A stretch of DNA of 64,000 bases from Thermodesulfobacteriota bacterium (lineage in GTDB: Bacteria; Desulfobacterota_D; UBA1144; Nemesobacterales; JAJCZQ01): positions 768,001 to 832,000 of the forward strand of contig OZ244044.1 of the NCBI GenBank assembly GCA_965215275.1, written 5' to 3'. The notes under the pieces were generated by a model. The model searched no databases. It saw only the letters and a program-made list of their open reading frames with translations, and had not been told where the DNA came from. A program made the translations under genes and the position numbers. Positions 41,893-52,994 of the stretch are shown here, piece after piece. The stretch's first letter is position 1, and every line of letters begins with the position of its first letter.

Positions 41893-43425
41893 TCACTCCC
41901 ACTCGATCGTGCCCGGTGGCTTGGTCGATACGTCGTATACCACTCTGTTGACCCCTTCCACTTCATTGATTATCCGGACTGAAACTTTCTCAAGGACTTC
42001 ATAGGGTATCTTTGCCCAACTTGCCGTCATGCCGTCCAGACTCGTGACCGCCCTGAGGGCTATAACGTTATCATAAGTCCTTTTATCACCCATAACACCA
42101 ACGGTCTTGACGGGAAGAAAAACACAGAACGCCTGCCATATTGAATCGTACAGGTTGGACTTTTTTAACTCTTCAATAAATATACTGTCGGCAAGCCTCA
42201 GTATTTTTAAGTTCCCTTCATTGATCTCTCCAATAACCCTGATGGCAAGTCCAGGTCCCGGAAACGGATGTCTGCCAATAAGTTCCTCAGAGACCCCAAT
42301 TGCCCTGCCGACCTCCCTGACCTCATCTTTAAAGAGTTCCCTCAGTGGCTCAATAAGTTTAAGTTTCATCTTATCAGGTAATCCCCCAACGTTATGATGG
42401 GATTTTATGGTCGCTGAAGGACCCTTTACGTTCACGCTTTCTATCACGTCCGGATACAGGGTTCCCTGAGCCAGGTACTTAACGTCCGAGATACTTCCGG
42501 CTTCTTCTTCAAACATTTTTATAAACTCTTCACCTATTATCTTTCTTTTTTTCTCCGGATCGGTAACTCCCTGCAACTTTTTGATAAACCGCTTTCCTGA
42601 ATCAACCGCGATAAGGTTAAGTCCTAACTGGTTGAACCTGCTTACGACCTCGCTGCTTTCATTGAGCCTCATTAAGCCGGTATCAACGTAAATACAGGTC
42701 AGCCGATCGCCGATCGCCTCCTTGAGTATTACTGCGGTCACGGTTGAATCCACTCCTCCTGACAGTGCACAGATGACCTTGGAGTCCCCAACCTCTTCTC
42801 TTATTTTCCGTATCGCACGTTCAATGAAGAACTCATGGTTCCAGTGTTTTGTTAGCCTGCATATCAGATACAGAAAATTCCCGAGAAGCTTTCTTCCCTT
42901 CAGAGTATGAACGACTTCCGGATGGAACTGCAAACCGTAGATCTGCTTCGTTCGGTGCCTTATGGCAGCAATGGGTGAATTATCGGTCCTTGCAAGGGAT
43001 ATAAAACCTTCCGGAAGCTGCAGTATCTTATCACCGTGAGACATCCAGACCTTGGTCTTATCTTCAATTTCAGAGAAGATGTCATCGTCTTTCAGTATCT
43101 CAATATAAGCGGGACCGAACTCCCGCTTGCTGGATACCTTGACCTCACCACCAAACGTCTGAACTATAAGCTGCATTCCGTAACAGACGCCAAGTATGGG
43201 AATACCCATCTCAAAAAGTCCTTTATCGATCTCCGGAGCGTTCTTATCCCACACGCTCGACGGTCCGCCGGAAAGTATGACCGCTCCGGGAGAGAGCTTT
43301 TTTATTTCCTCTGCCTTTGTATGGAACGGTTTGATCTCCGAGTATATTCCCAGTTCGCGTACCCTTCTGGCTATGAGCTGGGTGTATTGGGAACCAAAGT
43401 CCAGTACTAATACGGTTTTAGACAT
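41893..43425 (-). CDS. guaA: GMP synthase (glutamine-hydrolysing)
   Basis: [39 protein letters not shown]. Confidence 0.98.
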   Translation of the reverse strand: MSKTVLVLDFGSQYTQLIARRVRELGIYSEIKPFHTKAEEIKKLSPGAVILSGGPSSVWDKNAPEIDKGLFEMGIPILGVCYGMQLIVQTFGGEVKVSSKREFGPAYIEILKDDDIFSEIEDKTKVWMSHGDKILQLPEGFISLARTDNSPIAAIRHRTKQIYGLQFHPEVVHTLKGRKLLGNFLYLICRLTKHWNHEFFIERAIRKIREEVGDSKVICALSGGVDSTVTAVILKEAIGDRLTCIYVDTGLMRLNESSEVVSRFNQLGLNLIAVDSGKRFIKKLQGVTDPEKKRKIIGEEFIKMFEEEAGSISDVKYLAQGTLYPDVIESVNVKGPSATIKSHHNVGGLPDKMKLKLIEPLRELFKDEVREVGRAIGVSEELIGRHPFPGPGLAIRVIGEINEGNLKILRLADSIFIEELKKSNLYDSIWQAFCVFLPVKTVGVMGDKRTYDNVIALRAVTSLDGMTASWAKIPYEVLEKVSVRIINEVEGVNRVVYDVSTKPPGTIEWE

Positions 43426-43449
43426 TAAAGATCAAAGAGCACAAGCGGA

Positions 43450-44922
43450 TCACTCGATCCTGTAATTGGGAGCCTCTTTTGTAATGATCACGTCGTGCAC
43501 GTGTCCCTCCCTGAGCCCGGCGTTCGTAACTTTTATGAACCTGGCATTTCTTCTGAGAGATCTCAGGTCCTTGCAGCCCGTGTAGCCCATCCCTGACTTC
43601 AGACCACCAACAAGCTGATAGACGATGCCCCCTAAAGACCCCTTGTAAGGTACCCGCCCTTCTATACCTTCTGGCACCAGTTTACTGGACTCGAGCATTT
43701 CATCCTGGGCATAACGGTCCCTGCTGCCCTTTCTCATTGCCTCTATGGACCCCATACCCCTGTATACCTTATAGGTCCTTCCCTGAAATAACACGGTTTC
43801 ACCGGGAGATTCGCTTGCACCCGCAAACAGATTACCGATCATTACAGAATAAGCACCCGACGCAAGCGCCTTTGTAACGTCACCGGAGTATTTTATTCCA
43901 CCGTCCGCTATTACGGGAACCCCTTTCTTCTCACTGACCCTGAATACCTCTTTAATGGCAGTGATCTGCGGAACCCCTATACCGGCGATCACCCTCGTAG
44001 TGCATATCGAACCGGGTCCCACTCCTACCTTGATCGCGTCCGCTCCGGCCTTAATGAGCATCTTCGCTGCTTCCGAGGTGGCGATATTACCCGCTATTAC
44101 CTCAATGTCCTTATAGCTTTTCTTTATATCCTTAATGCTTTCCACGATCCTTGCAGAATGTGCATGTGCCGTGTCGACCACGATAACGTCGCATCCTACT
44201 CCGATCAGTCTTTCGACCCTTTCCTCCCTGTCCGGACCTACTCCGATGGCACCGCCGCACCTGAGCCTGCCCATCCCGTCCTTGGAAGCGGTGGGATATT
44301 TCTCTATTTTTTCAATATCCTTCATGGTTATCAGACCACGAAGTTTGAACTCCGAATCCACCACTGGAAGTTTTTCTATCTTGTATTTATGAAGCAGTTC
44401 CTTTGCACTGTCGAGGGTCCTGCCTTCCTTTACGGTTATCAGTTTTTCCTGTGGTGTCATTACCTGACGTATTTCAGAATCGAGGTTCTTTTCAAACCTC
44501 AGGTCCCTGTTCGTGATTATCCCATGAAGGGTCCCATCCTCGTCCGTAACGGGAAGTCCCGTGATATTGTAACCGACCATGATGTCAAGGGCCTCACGTA
44601 CCAGCTGATCCGCCCTTACGGTAAGGGGACTGACTATCATGCCGCTCTCGAACTTCTTTACCTTTTCCACCTCGGCGGCCTGGCTCTTCACGCTCATATT
44701 GCGGTGGATTATCCCTATACCACCCTCCTGCGCCATGGCAATGGCGGTACGAGACTCCGTCACGGTGTCCATTGCAGCACTTACGAGCGGGATATTTAAC
44801 TTTATCCTGGGGGTCAGTTTCGTGGATACGTCCACGTCATTCGGCAGAACATCGGAGTAGGAAGGAACAAGTAAAACGTCATCGAACGTCAGAGCTTCTT
44901 CGATCTTACCATCATGGTCCAT
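43450..44922 (-). CDS. guaB: IMP dehydrogenase
   Basis: [13 protein letters not shown] pair, [15 protein letters not shown]. Confidence 0.98.
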   Translation of the reverse strand: MDHDGKIEEALTFDDVLLVPSYSDVLPNDVDVSTKLTPRIKLNIPLVSAAMDTVTESRTAIAMAQEGGIGIIHRNMSVKSQAAEVEKVKKFESGMIVSPLTVRADQLVREALDIMVGYNITGLPVTDEDGTLHGIITNRDLRFEKNLDSEIRQVMTPQEKLITVKEGRTLDSAKELLHKYKIEKLPVVDSEFKLRGLITMKDIEKIEKYPTASKDGMGRLRCGGAIGVGPDREERVERLIGVGCDVIVVDTAHAHSARIVESIKDIKKSYKDIEVIAGNIATSEAAKMLIKAGADAIKVGVGPGSICTTRVIAGIGVPQITAIKEVFRVSEKKGVPVIADGGIKYSGDVTKALASGAYSVMIGNLFAGASESPGETVLFQGRTYKVYRGMGSIEAMRKGSRDRYAQDEMLESSKLVPEGIEGRVPYKGSLGGIVYQLVGGLKSGMGYTGCKDLRSLRRNARFIKVTNAGLREGHVHDVIITKEAPNYRIE

Positions 44923-45380
44923 TACTTCTTACCTTTTGCCTTTGGTTTAGCCGGTTTTTTCGCTCCCGGTGCCGCTGATTTCTTGGCCATGGAAAACCTG
45001 CCTTTTTTTGCAGCAGTATCCTTTGCCGGGGACTTTTCAGGTTCAGCTTTGGCCTTCGTGGATTTCGAAACGGTCTTTTTTACCGTTGCCGGTTCCTCTG
45101 CGTCCATTCTGGATATTGGCGACTGAAACAGCTTCATCACCTTTTTTCTCATTTCAGACTGACTGATCCTGAGTTCAAGTTCTATTTCCTGATTTTTCCC
45201 CTGAAGATGAAAGGATATGGGCAGAACCCCCACGTACGTGTTTGCGTCCACCCTTTCGAATTCCAGTGATTTAAGGAACCCTTTGTGAAAGGTCGGGAAT
45301 TTCAGAGTGGCGATATCCAGGGTCTTCTGAGGCAGCAGTCCATCCTGGCTTATGCTTATTTTTATCTTAGTTGGTTTCAT
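44922..45380 (-). CDS. Hypothetical protein with Lys/Ala-rich tail
   Basis: GGAGG RBS; stop overlaps the guaB start. Confidence 0.65.
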   Translation of the reverse strand: MKPTKIKISISQDGLLPQKTLDIATLKFPTFHKGFLKSLEFERVDANTYVGVLPISFHLQGKNQEIELELRISQSEMRKKVMKLFQSPISRMDAEEPATVKKTVSKSTKAKAEPEKSPAKDTAAKKGRFSMAKKSAAPGAKKPAKPKAKGKK

Positions 45381-45513
45381 AGACGATCAATAACCTCCAC
45401 TGTGGCACTTGCTCGAGTCTGGCCTTTTTGATCCATATATACCTTACGCCGCTTAATTAAAAGGGATTAATAATACAGGTAAGTTCGGCAGTTTGCAATA
45501 ACAGGGTCATTAT

Positions 45514-46266
45514 TTATCTTTCGGACAGTTCGTAACCCGTGATCTCTACCCTGTATTTAAGTCCCAGGACCTTATCTCCGTCCGGAGGTCTGTAGACGGA
45601 AACAAAGGGCACCTCTTCGTCCGGAGTTATATTGACGTTCATTCCGCTTATGGCGGCACGTTTCTCTCCAAAACCGATCTGCCCTTTCCTGTTCTGCATC
45701 CTTGCCTTGATCCTGCTCCACGACCTGTTCCTTATCTCCCAGTCCGAGAATGAATTCCCGGCCCAGACTTCCCGCGAATGGATCGCCAGGTCTTCCAGCG
45801 TGTAGGTTACCCTTAACTTAATAAAACTGACCAGGTCGTTCGAGTTGTTTCTGACCTTTCCGGACACCAGATAGATCTGTCCGTACCTTGAACTTATCCA
45901 TCTGCCGGTCTGACGCGTGATCTTAACCTTGTTTATGGAAAACGGAGTGTAATCATCTATCAGACCAATTGCTCCTGTTTTTATCCGGTCATAAGGATTA
46001 TCCGGATAAATATCATGCTCGTTCAGTAAGAACGACGTCCCTTCCAGCAACGTTATAATTAAAACAACGACGGCCGATACCTTGATAAAACGGAGGACTT
46101 CCGGATATTTTTCATTAAACTCCCTTATCTCTTTGGACGGAAAAAGGCCTTTGATCTCAGATATACAGTTACGCCTGGCGGGAGGGGGATCTTTTTTAAC
46201 CATTGGATTATGAAGAGTTTCAGTTCCGGCCCATCTGACCTTACTTACAAAAACATATCCGAACAA
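45514..46266 (-). CDS. Membrane-anchored hypothetical protein (DUF3426-like)
   Basis: One TM segment followed by a beta-rich VSGKVRNNS domain; start uncertain. Confidence 0.5.
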   Translation of the reverse strand: MFGYVFVSKVRWAGTETLHNPMVKKDPPPARRNCISEIKGLFPSKEIREFNEKYPEVLRFIKVSAVVVLIITLLEGTSFLLNEHDIYPDNPYDRIKTGAIGLIDDYTPFSINKVKITRQTGRWISSRYGQIYLVSGKVRNNSNDLVSFIKLRVTYTLEDLAIHSREVWAGNSFSDWEIRNRSWSRIKARMQNRKGQIGFGEKRAAISGMNVNITPDEEVPFVSVYRPPDGDKVLGLKYRVEITGYELSER

Positions 46267-46530
46267 CTAATATACAAAATGCATTCAGCCTGTGTGCAGA
46301 CTTATACAGATACAGGAAATATCTGAACATTGCAAGCATTTGTTGAAACGGCCATGACCGGAAAAGTCGTTTTTCAAAGCTCAGGTCTTCCCGTGTCGGC
46401 ACCGCAGAACGTCCGAAAAGCGGACGGGAAAACACAATGCAGAACCTTTCATATACAAAATGATTGCAAACGGGTTTTTTTTGATGTAGAATTCATTACA
46501 GTATGAATTAAGACGGTTGGGATCGCAGAT

Positions 46531-47484
46531 ATGGACAGTAACGTTCCAATAAAAGCGCTGAAGCAGGAGATGGACAGACACGTTGTCGGTCACGACGACG
46601 TGAAGATGGCCCTGCTTCTTGGGATTATCTCAAGGGAGCACATTTACATCGAAGGACCTCCCGGAACTGCAAAGACGATGCTGTCCGAGATAATCTCCGC
46701 CGCTGCTCAGCTGAACTTCTTCTTTTATCAGCTGCACAGGGACACCCGGCTTTCCGAACTGGTCGGAGACCTTGTAATTTCCAAGGAACGGACCGAAGAA
46801 GGTGAGATAATAAAGCAGAAGATCGTTGAAGGAGGAATCCTCAAGTCCGAGATATGCCTTCTGGACGATATTTCAAGGGCTCCTGGAGAATCCCTCAACA
46901 TTCTTCTCAGGGTCCTTAACGAGAGGAAGTTCTTTAATGAAACGATCCCGCTCCTTACCGCGATCGCCACAAGCAATCCCACGGCGGATGAATACTACAA
47001 TGAACCCCTTGACCCTGCCAACCTGGACAGGTTCGTGCTTCAGATCAGATCGCACGGCATTTCCTACGGAAGGAACTGGGACGACGCAAAAAAGGTGATA
47101 GACCTCTACTCGGGTAAGGTCCCGGACGAGGAAATACCCGTTATAATGAGCAGGGATTCACTTGACGGCTGTTACGAGAATATCGGACAGATAAACATAC
47201 CCGCAAAGGTCAGGGACGGACTTACCAACTTCGTTACGCTGCTGATCGAGGACTATAAACTGGATGAATCCAATTCCCTTATCTCCGACAGGACGTTCTT
47301 TGTAAAGTCACTGAAGATCATAAGATCCCACGCACTTATATCAAGCAGGGAATCCTGCACCATGGAGGACCTGAACGCTCTGAAGTATATAACGGCTTTC
47401 AGGATCCCGGAGGATATATACAACCTGCTGGACGATATACTGCAAAACCTCGAGCGTAAAAAAAAACTCCAGATGACCAGCTGA
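46531..47484 (+). CDS. MoxR/RavA-like AAA+ ATPase
   Basis: EGPPGTAKT, LLDDI, ATSNP, DPANLDRF. Confidence 0.9.
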   Translation: MDSNVPIKALKQEMDRHVVGHDDVKMALLLGIISREHIYIEGPPGTAKTMLSEIISAAAQLNFFFYQLHRDTRLSELVGDLVISKERTEEGEIIKQKIVEGGILKSEICLLDDISRAPGESLNILLRVLNERKFFNETIPLLTAIATSNPTADEYYNEPLDPANLDRFVLQIRSHGISYGRNWDDAKKVIDLYSGKVPDEEIPVIMSRDSLDGCYENIGQINIPAKVRDGLTNFVTLLIEDYKLDESNSLISDRTFFVKSLKIIRSHALISSRESCTMEDLNALKYITAFRIPEDIYNLLDDILQNLERKKKLQMTS

Positions 47485-48641
47485 AAAAAGACCCTGACGA
47501 ACAGCGTTCAGAGTTCGAACGGGCCGAACCTGACGAGGAACTGCCGGAAAGACCTGACGAGGAATCCGAAAAGCAGGCCCAGGAAGATGATATTTCAGAG
47601 GCCAGAAAGGCCTTCTTTCAGGCTCTTAAGGAACTGAAGGACAACGTCGAGCAGGAAAAGCAGATGTCCCCTCCCGAAGACCTGGACGTTCCATCCGACC
47701 CGACCGGACAGCCATTCGACGACGGCAGCGATGAAGGCAAGGACGATCAGACCGATATGATCTTTGCAAGTAAGTCAAAGAACGCGGGCAGGGACGATGA
47801 TCTGAAGACCCCCGGAACAAGGAACACGGAAAGTGCAGACAACATAAAGCTGATAATGAAGGTGCTTGAAGGGAACTTCCAGCGCAATATAGCAAGAAGG
47901 ACGAACCACCCGGGAGGAATTCCCAGAAAGTGGAAAAGAATGACCTCCTTTGAGGACATAGAGGACATTGATCCGCTGGAGGCGTTCATCTGGACGGATT
48001 CCAACTCCCCTCAGCTGCCCAGGATACAGAAAAGGGAAAAAGAAAGCCTGGGAGGAGAAATAGCTATCCTCAGGGATATAAGCACTTCAATGATGGGAGT
48101 TTACAGCGAATGGTCCTCATCGGTAGTTCAGGGGGTCATAGAGCTTGCACGTGCAAAGAACATGAGAGTAGGCTATCTGGAGTTCAACCATAAATCCTTT
48201 AAATACAAAAAGGAACGCAGGTTTTTCACCAGGGACTACAGGTGGATACTGAACCAGTCGTCCGGTACCGGATGCTCGGGAAACACCAACTACGAAGAGG
48301 CACTCAAGGAGGCACTTTCAGAGTTTCGGGGAAGGGGGCTGAGGAACAAGCACATCCTGTTCATCACCGATGGTATTCCAACGTCAGGGGACTGTGAGGT
48401 ACTTACCGAAAGAACGCTCGCTAAAAAGCTCGGGGTGTGCATTCACTCCATCTTTATCGGGTCAAAGAACTATCCCAAGATACTGCAGACCGTCTCCGAG
48501 GAGACCGTGGGCACCCAGTTCGTCGCCTCAAAAGGCAAGAACGGTGGTATTAAGATAGAAAGGAACGATAAGCTGGCAAGAGCAGGAAAAACGTCCAGGC
48601 GATTACAAGTTGATCCTTTCATAAAGGTGTTTACGAACTAG
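47460..48641 (+). CDS. Acidic linker plus vWA domain; probably translated fused to the AAA gene via a -1 shift in A9
   Basis: Frame open from 47460; MIDAS DISTS, GNTNY, ITDG; track ORF starts at 47664. Confidence 0.75.
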   Translation, partial: KKTPDDQLKKDPDEQRSEFERAEPDEELPERPDEESEKQAQEDDISEARKAFFQALKELKDNVEQEKQMSPPEDLDVPSDPTGQPFDDGSDEGKDDQTDMIFASKSKNAGRDDDLKTPGTRNTESADNIKLIMKVLEGNFQRNIARRTNHPGGIPRKWKRMTSFEDIEDIDPLEAFIWTDSNSPQLPRIQKREKESLGGEIAILRDISTSMMGVYSEWSSSVVQGVIELARAKNMRVGYLEFNHKSFKYKKERRFFTRDYRWILNQSSGTGCSGNTNYEEALKEALSEFRGRGLRNKHILFITDGIPTSGDCEVLTERTLAKKLGVCIHSIFIGSKNYPKILQTVSEETVGTQFVASKGKNGGIKIERNDKLARAGKTSRRLQVDPFIKVFTN

Positions 48642-49642
48642 TTCCTCTTCTTTTTTATATATTTTTTCACCAGCTTTAAATGTTTTCTGTAACTGTCCGA
48701 GAACTCATGGGTCCCGTCACCTTTTGACACGAAGAACAGATAACCGGCTTCTGACGGGTTCAGTGCCGCCATGATAGACCTCTTTCCGGGATTGGATATG
48801 GGACCCGAAGGCAGACCGTCGAGCACGTAGGTGTTATAAGGAGTATCCGTCCTCAGGTCTTCCTTGGTGACTTCCGCTTTATAAGAAACTCCAAGCCGGT
48901 AAACTGCCGTCGGGTCAGACTCGAGCCTCATTCCCTTCCGAAGCCTGTTATGAAATACCGCGGATATGTCCTTTTTTTCATAGCTGTATCCGGTTTCCTT
49001 TTCTATCATTGACGCCAGTATCACTATCTCGTGAGAAGACAGGCCCGCCGCGTTCAGGCTGCCTATTTCACTGCAGATATCTTTAAACCTGTCCGTCATC
49101 GCTCTGATCACGTGTTCGGCCGGGCTGTTCCTTGCGAACATGTACGTGTCGGGATAGAGGTATCCTTCAAGGCTGTTCACCTCGGTCCCGAGCAGTGAAC
49201 CTGCACGGCCTGCCTCGGTCGCCAGCCTGAGGAACTTCTCACTGTCGGTAATTTCCTGCCTGTCCAGGATCTTCGATATCTCGTACAGGCTCGCTCCCTC
49301 CGGCACGGTGACCTTTATGAGCATGACCCTGCCCGTGGCAAGCATCTTTATGATCTGCCCCATTGTCATACCCGCCTTTATTTCATACTCACCTGACTGC
49401 AGGCCGCCGTCCAGTCCTTCGAACAGTACCGTCATAAGGAAAAGCTTTCTGCTTCGGACAAGGTCCCTGCTTTCAAGCATGGAAGCGATCTCACCCGAGG
49501 TGGTTCCCTGGGGAATTTCCAGCACTGCCGGATCAGATGGATAACCATCCACGAAAACAAGGCAGTACAAGGTCAGAGGGAACAGCAGTATCAGCAAGGT
49601 AAGAGATACCGGCAGCCAGAAATGCAGTCCTTTTTCAGTCAC
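48638..49642 (-). CDS. mltG: Endolytic transglycosylase MltG
   Basis: LEGYLYPDTY, ASMIEKET, LESDPT, PYNTY, GPISNPG. Confidence 0.95.
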   Translation of the reverse strand: MTEKGLHFWLPVSLTLLILLFPLTLYCLVFVDGYPSDPAVLEIPQGTTSGEIASMLESRDLVRSRKLFLMTVLFEGLDGGLQSGEYEIKAGMTMGQIIKMLATGRVMLIKVTVPEGASLYEISKILDRQEITDSEKFLRLATEAGRAGSLLGTEVNSLEGYLYPDTYMFARNSPAEHVIRAMTDRFKDICSEIGSLNAAGLSSHEIVILASMIEKETGYSYEKKDISAVFHNRLRKGMRLESDPTAVYRLGVSYKAEVTKEDLRTDTPYNTYVLDGLPSGPISNPGKRSIMAALNPSEAGYLFFVSKGDGTHEFSDSYRKHLKLVKKYIKKKRN

Positions 49643-50786
49643 TGTCCTTGCTCGTTATTACAAGGTCGTCCCTGTGAATGACCTCATCGCTGTATTTATA
49701 GCCCAGAATACCCTCTATCCTGGATGTCCTGACGCCCGCGATCCTTTCTATCTCCACTGAGTTGTATGAAGTTATTCCCTTGGCGATCTCGCTCCCCTGC
49801 ACATCGCGGCACAGTACCGTGTCCCCTATCCCGAATTTTCCCCTTACCTCCTTTATACCCGAAGGAAGAAGGCTTTTTCCCCTTTGAACGAGAGCGACTT
49901 TCGCACCTTCATCCACTACTATCTCACCCATTGTCTGCAGATTGAAAACTATCCAGTGCTTTCTCGCACTCAGCTTGTCCTTCGACGGAAGTACAAAGGT
50001 GCCCGTGTTCTCACCTTCGAATATCTTTAAAAGGACATCTTTATCCCCGCCATCGGCAATGATCGAAGGTACTCCGAAGGCAGATACTTTCCTTATCGCC
50101 TCGATCTTCGTTACCATCCCGCCGGTAGTGGTGCTGCCCGTGGTACCGCCCGCTATACTTTCAAGGTCTTTATCAACTACCGTAACCAGAGAAATAAGCC
50201 GTGCCGCATGGGCATTTTCATCGGAATAATCCCTGTATATACCGCCAATGTTAGTAAGGAGCACCATAAGGTCCGACTGCGTAAGGGAAGTTACAAGAGA
50301 AGCCAGATTGTCGTTGTCCCCTATCATTATCTCGTCCACCGACACGGAATCATTTTCGTTAACGATCGGTACGATATTCATCTCCAGGAGTTTATGTACG
50401 GTCTTTCTGGCGATCAGAAAGCGCTTTCTGTCCGATAGGCCGTCATGCGTGAGAAGTATCTGTGCAACGTCCGTGTCCAGCTTTGAAAAGGCCTTTTCGT
50501 AATTGCTCATCAGCACGTGCTGTCCGCAGGCGGCGATCGCCTGCTTTACGTGTATCTCCGGGGGCTTTTTCTTCAGATTTAATTTTTTCATTCCCGAGGC
50601 GATAGCACCCGAGGACACGATGATAACCTCGATCCCTCTTCTCTGTAACTTAACGACCTGAGAGGCGATCTGCCCAAACCTCATCTCAAGAACGCCCCCC
50701 TTGCTGCCGGTCAGAACGCTGCTTCCGATCTTGACAACAACTCTTTTAACACCTGATAAAAACTTCTTACGGTCAAATTCATTCAT
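49635..50786 (-). CDS. proB: Glutamate 5-kinase
   Basis: VVKIGSS, VSSGA, NENDSV, GDND, GGMVTK, C-terminal PUA domain. Confidence 0.97.
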   Translation of the reverse strand: MNEFDRKKFLSGVKRVVVKIGSSVLTGSKGGVLEMRFGQIASQVVKLQRRGIEVIIVSSGAIASGMKKLNLKKKPPEIHVKQAIAACGQHVLMSNYEKAFSKLDTDVAQILLTHDGLSDRKRFLIARKTVHKLLEMNIVPIVNENDSVSVDEIMIGDNDNLASLVTSLTQSDLMVLLTNIGGIYRDYSDENAHAARLISLVTVVDKDLESIAGGTTGSTTTGGMVTKIEAIRKVSAFGVPSIIADGGDKDVLLKIFEGENTGTFVLPSKDKLSARKHWIVFNLQTMGEIVVDEGAKVALVQRGKSLLPSGIKEVRGKFGIGDTVLCRDVQGSEIAKGITSYNSVEIERIAGVRTSRIEGILGYKYSDEVIHRDDLVITSKDSD

Positions 50787-50834
50787 CGGTCAGGAATGTT
50801 ATTTTACCAAAAATCAGAACTAAATTGTATCTAT

Positions 50835-50863
50835 TTGACAAACAATGAACCTCAAGCTATCTT
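50835..50863 (+). promoter_or_regulatory. Sigma70-type promoter for tRNA-Gly(GCC)
   Basis: TTGACA-17 bp-TATCTT. Confidence 0.75.
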
Positions 50864-50878
50864 TGAAACCCCCTGACA

Positions 50879-50955
50879 GCGGGGATAGCTCAGTTGGCTA
50901 GAGCGTCTGCTTGCCAAGCAGAAGGTCGCGGGTTCGAATCCCGTTCCCCGCTCCA
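50879..50955 (+). tRNA. tRNA-Gly (GCC)
   Basis: GCGGGGA acceptor stem, TCTGC-TTGCCAA-GCAGA anticodon arm, GGTTCGAATCC, CCA. Confidence 0.97.
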
Positions 50956-51031
50956 GACTTTTTCCTGAACATGTTCAGCCGCTATATAAGATATCTTATA
51001 AAAACAGCTTACTTCATCACTAACTGACAGA

Positions 51032-51060
51032 TTGACAAACGGACAGCCTGGAGCTATCTT
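51032..51060 (+). promoter_or_regulatory. Sigma70-type promoter for tRNA-Gly(CCC)
   Basis: TTGACA-17 bp-TATCTT, similar to 50835-50863. Confidence 0.75.
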
Positions 51061-51075
51061 AACAGCTGCATTACA

Positions 51076-51149
51076 GCGGGGATAGCTCAGCTGGCCAGAG
51101 CATCTGCTTCCCAAGCAGAAAGTCGCGGGTTCGAATCCCGTTCCCCGCT
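51076..51149 (+). tRNA. tRNA-Gly (CCC); CCA not encoded (CTA)
   Basis: Near-identical to the previous tRNA, with TTCCCAA anticodon loop. Confidence 0.93.
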
Positions 51150-51242
51150 CTAGATACCTGCTCCTGATCTTAAAAAATATCAGTCTATCTTATAACAGGG
51201 ACGACTATACCCCCCCCCTGCACTGCTGATCCGAACGGGTAC

Positions 51243-52451
51243 TTACTTCTTATCGGGCTGGGTTATAAAAAAAGTAGAGAATGCAGCAATAAAGCATAGC
51301 ACCGCCGCCACGACTATTGACTGATAATGAGAACCGTTGGTGTCGTACAGATAGCCTGCAAGAAGAGGTCCGGTTATGGACGCGAGCGAGAACGCGGTCG
51401 CGGACACTCCGAAGATAGATCCGATAAATCTCGTTCCAAAATAGTTGCTCAGGATCGTGGGGAATATAGGCATGTGTCCACTGTAAAAAAAGCCGAACAG
51501 AAAACCGAACAGATAAAAAGCCCATATCGTCTGACTGTAAATAATGATTATTATTGAAACGGCTTCCAGGAAATAACTTATGAACAGCACTCTTTTATTG
51601 TCAAAGTACTTTGTTAGTACCCCGGAGAAGAAAAGCCTTCCGAATATGCTTCCGAAAGCTATCGCGGCAGGTGCTCCTGAAGCCACGACCGCGGTAACAC
51701 CGGACTCCTTTGCATAATCAAAAAGATTGACCAGTATTATAAGAAAAGTATTCATTCCGAAAAAGAAGATCATGTAAAGTATCCAGAAGGACGAAGTACT
51801 TATCGCCTTTTTTACTCCCCAGTCCGCGTCAGTACCGGGCAGAGGCCTTTTTGAATCCGGAGCAGCTCCGGCAGCCCTTTCCTCCTCGGGTGATCTTCGC
51901 ATTACAAAAGCGCTCAGCAGAAGAAAGGCCAGTATAACGGACAGTGCCATAAGGGACCTTTCTAAACCCACCGTGGAGTTCAGCCAGGCAGTCAGGGGAT
52001 TGATGACCGTGCCGCTGATAGGAACTCCCATAGTTGCAATCCCTATGGCAAGGGCCCTTTTTTCAGTAAACCATCTGCTGATAATAGCTACGCTCGGAAT
52101 GTAGAAGAACCCGTTCCCTATGCCGGGAAGAACGGCGTAGGCAAAGATAAGCTGCCAATCAGTTTTTGCGTAAGCCGTGAGGAACATACCTAAAACCGCG
52201 GTAAATCCCCCAAGGAATATCACCACCTTGGGATTGAACCTGTCTATCAGTCTTCCCGAAACGATCATTGCGAACGCAAAAACAATGTTCCTTACTGAAA
52301 AAAGAGAGGAACTTTCCAGATGGGTTATATCGAACGACTCTTTCATATAAGGCATGTATATGCCGAACGAATACAGCAAAATGCCGTCCAAGGAGATTAT
52401 TATCAAGCCCGCTGCAACTATAAACCAGCCATAGTAGATATTTCTAAACAT
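51243..52451 (-). CDS. MFS transporter (oxalate:formate antiporter-like)
   Basis: About 12 hydrophobic segments; GRLIDRF; WFTEKRALAIG. Confidence 0.9.
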   Translation of the reverse strand: MFRNIYYGWFIVAAGLIIISLDGILLYSFGIYMPYMKESFDITHLESSSLFSVRNIVFAFAMIVSGRLIDRFNPKVVIFLGGFTAVLGMFLTAYAKTDWQLIFAYAVLPGIGNGFFYIPSVAIISRWFTEKRALAIGIATMGVPISGTVINPLTAWLNSTVGLERSLMALSVILAFLLLSAFVMRRSPEEERAAGAAPDSKRPLPGTDADWGVKKAISTSSFWILYMIFFFGMNTFLIILVNLFDYAKESGVTAVVASGAPAAIAFGSIFGRLFFSGVLTKYFDNKRVLFISYFLEAVSIIIIIYSQTIWAFYLFGFLFGFFYSGHMPIFPTILSNYFGTRFIGSIFGVSATAFSLASITGPLLAGYLYDTNGSHYQSIVVAAVLCFIAAFSTFFITQPDKK

Positions 52452-52590
52452 AAGGAACGACCAACTTGAGGTGAATTACAAAACTTGCAGGGAATAATAC
52501 CTGATATTACAAAATAAACCTTGATATTGCTTGTTACTTATTTGATTTTGCCGTTTTGTAGGTAATGATTAACAGGCAAAATCAGCTGTT

Positions 52591-52962
52591 TTGGAGATAA
52601 TGATGTCTGATAACATAGAAAATGAAGATATATTAACAATGATCAAAACCCGTCTGGACAGAGGGATAAGAATTATAAACATAAGATCAAAAGAAGTTTA
52701 CGGCGTGGTCAGGATCAAGAACAAGATCCAGCAAAACAGAAAAAAGATAAAAAAATACACCTCTGAACTGGGTGAGGCTGTTTATAAGATGTATAAACTC
52801 AAAGACGAGTTTGATGTGGAGAGCCTGAAGGCTAAATGCACCGAGATAATAAAGACCGAGCAGGAAATACAGGACCTTGAAGAAGAACTGAAGACCCTGC
52901 ATATAAACGCCCAGACGGAACTTGGAAAACTCAAAGCCATATCAAAGCCTGAAGATGACTGA
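52591..52962 (+). CDS. Coiled-coil hypothetical protein
   Basis: 123-aa ORF; probable start near 52600. Confidence 0.6.
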   Translation: MEIMMSDNIENEDILTMIKTRLDRGIRIINIRSKEVYGVVRIKNKIQQNRKKIKKYTSELGEAVYKMYKLKDEFDVESLKAKCTEIIKTEQEIQDLEEELKTLHINAQTELGKLKAISKPEDD

Positions 52963-52994
52963 CAGGACCGGAGAAATCCCTGGATACATGATCA

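Noticed and set aside
51210..51218. C9 tract as a phase-variation switch
   Set aside because: Lies between convergent 3' ends with no gene start or promoter to control; it also shows that C9 runs can occur without function
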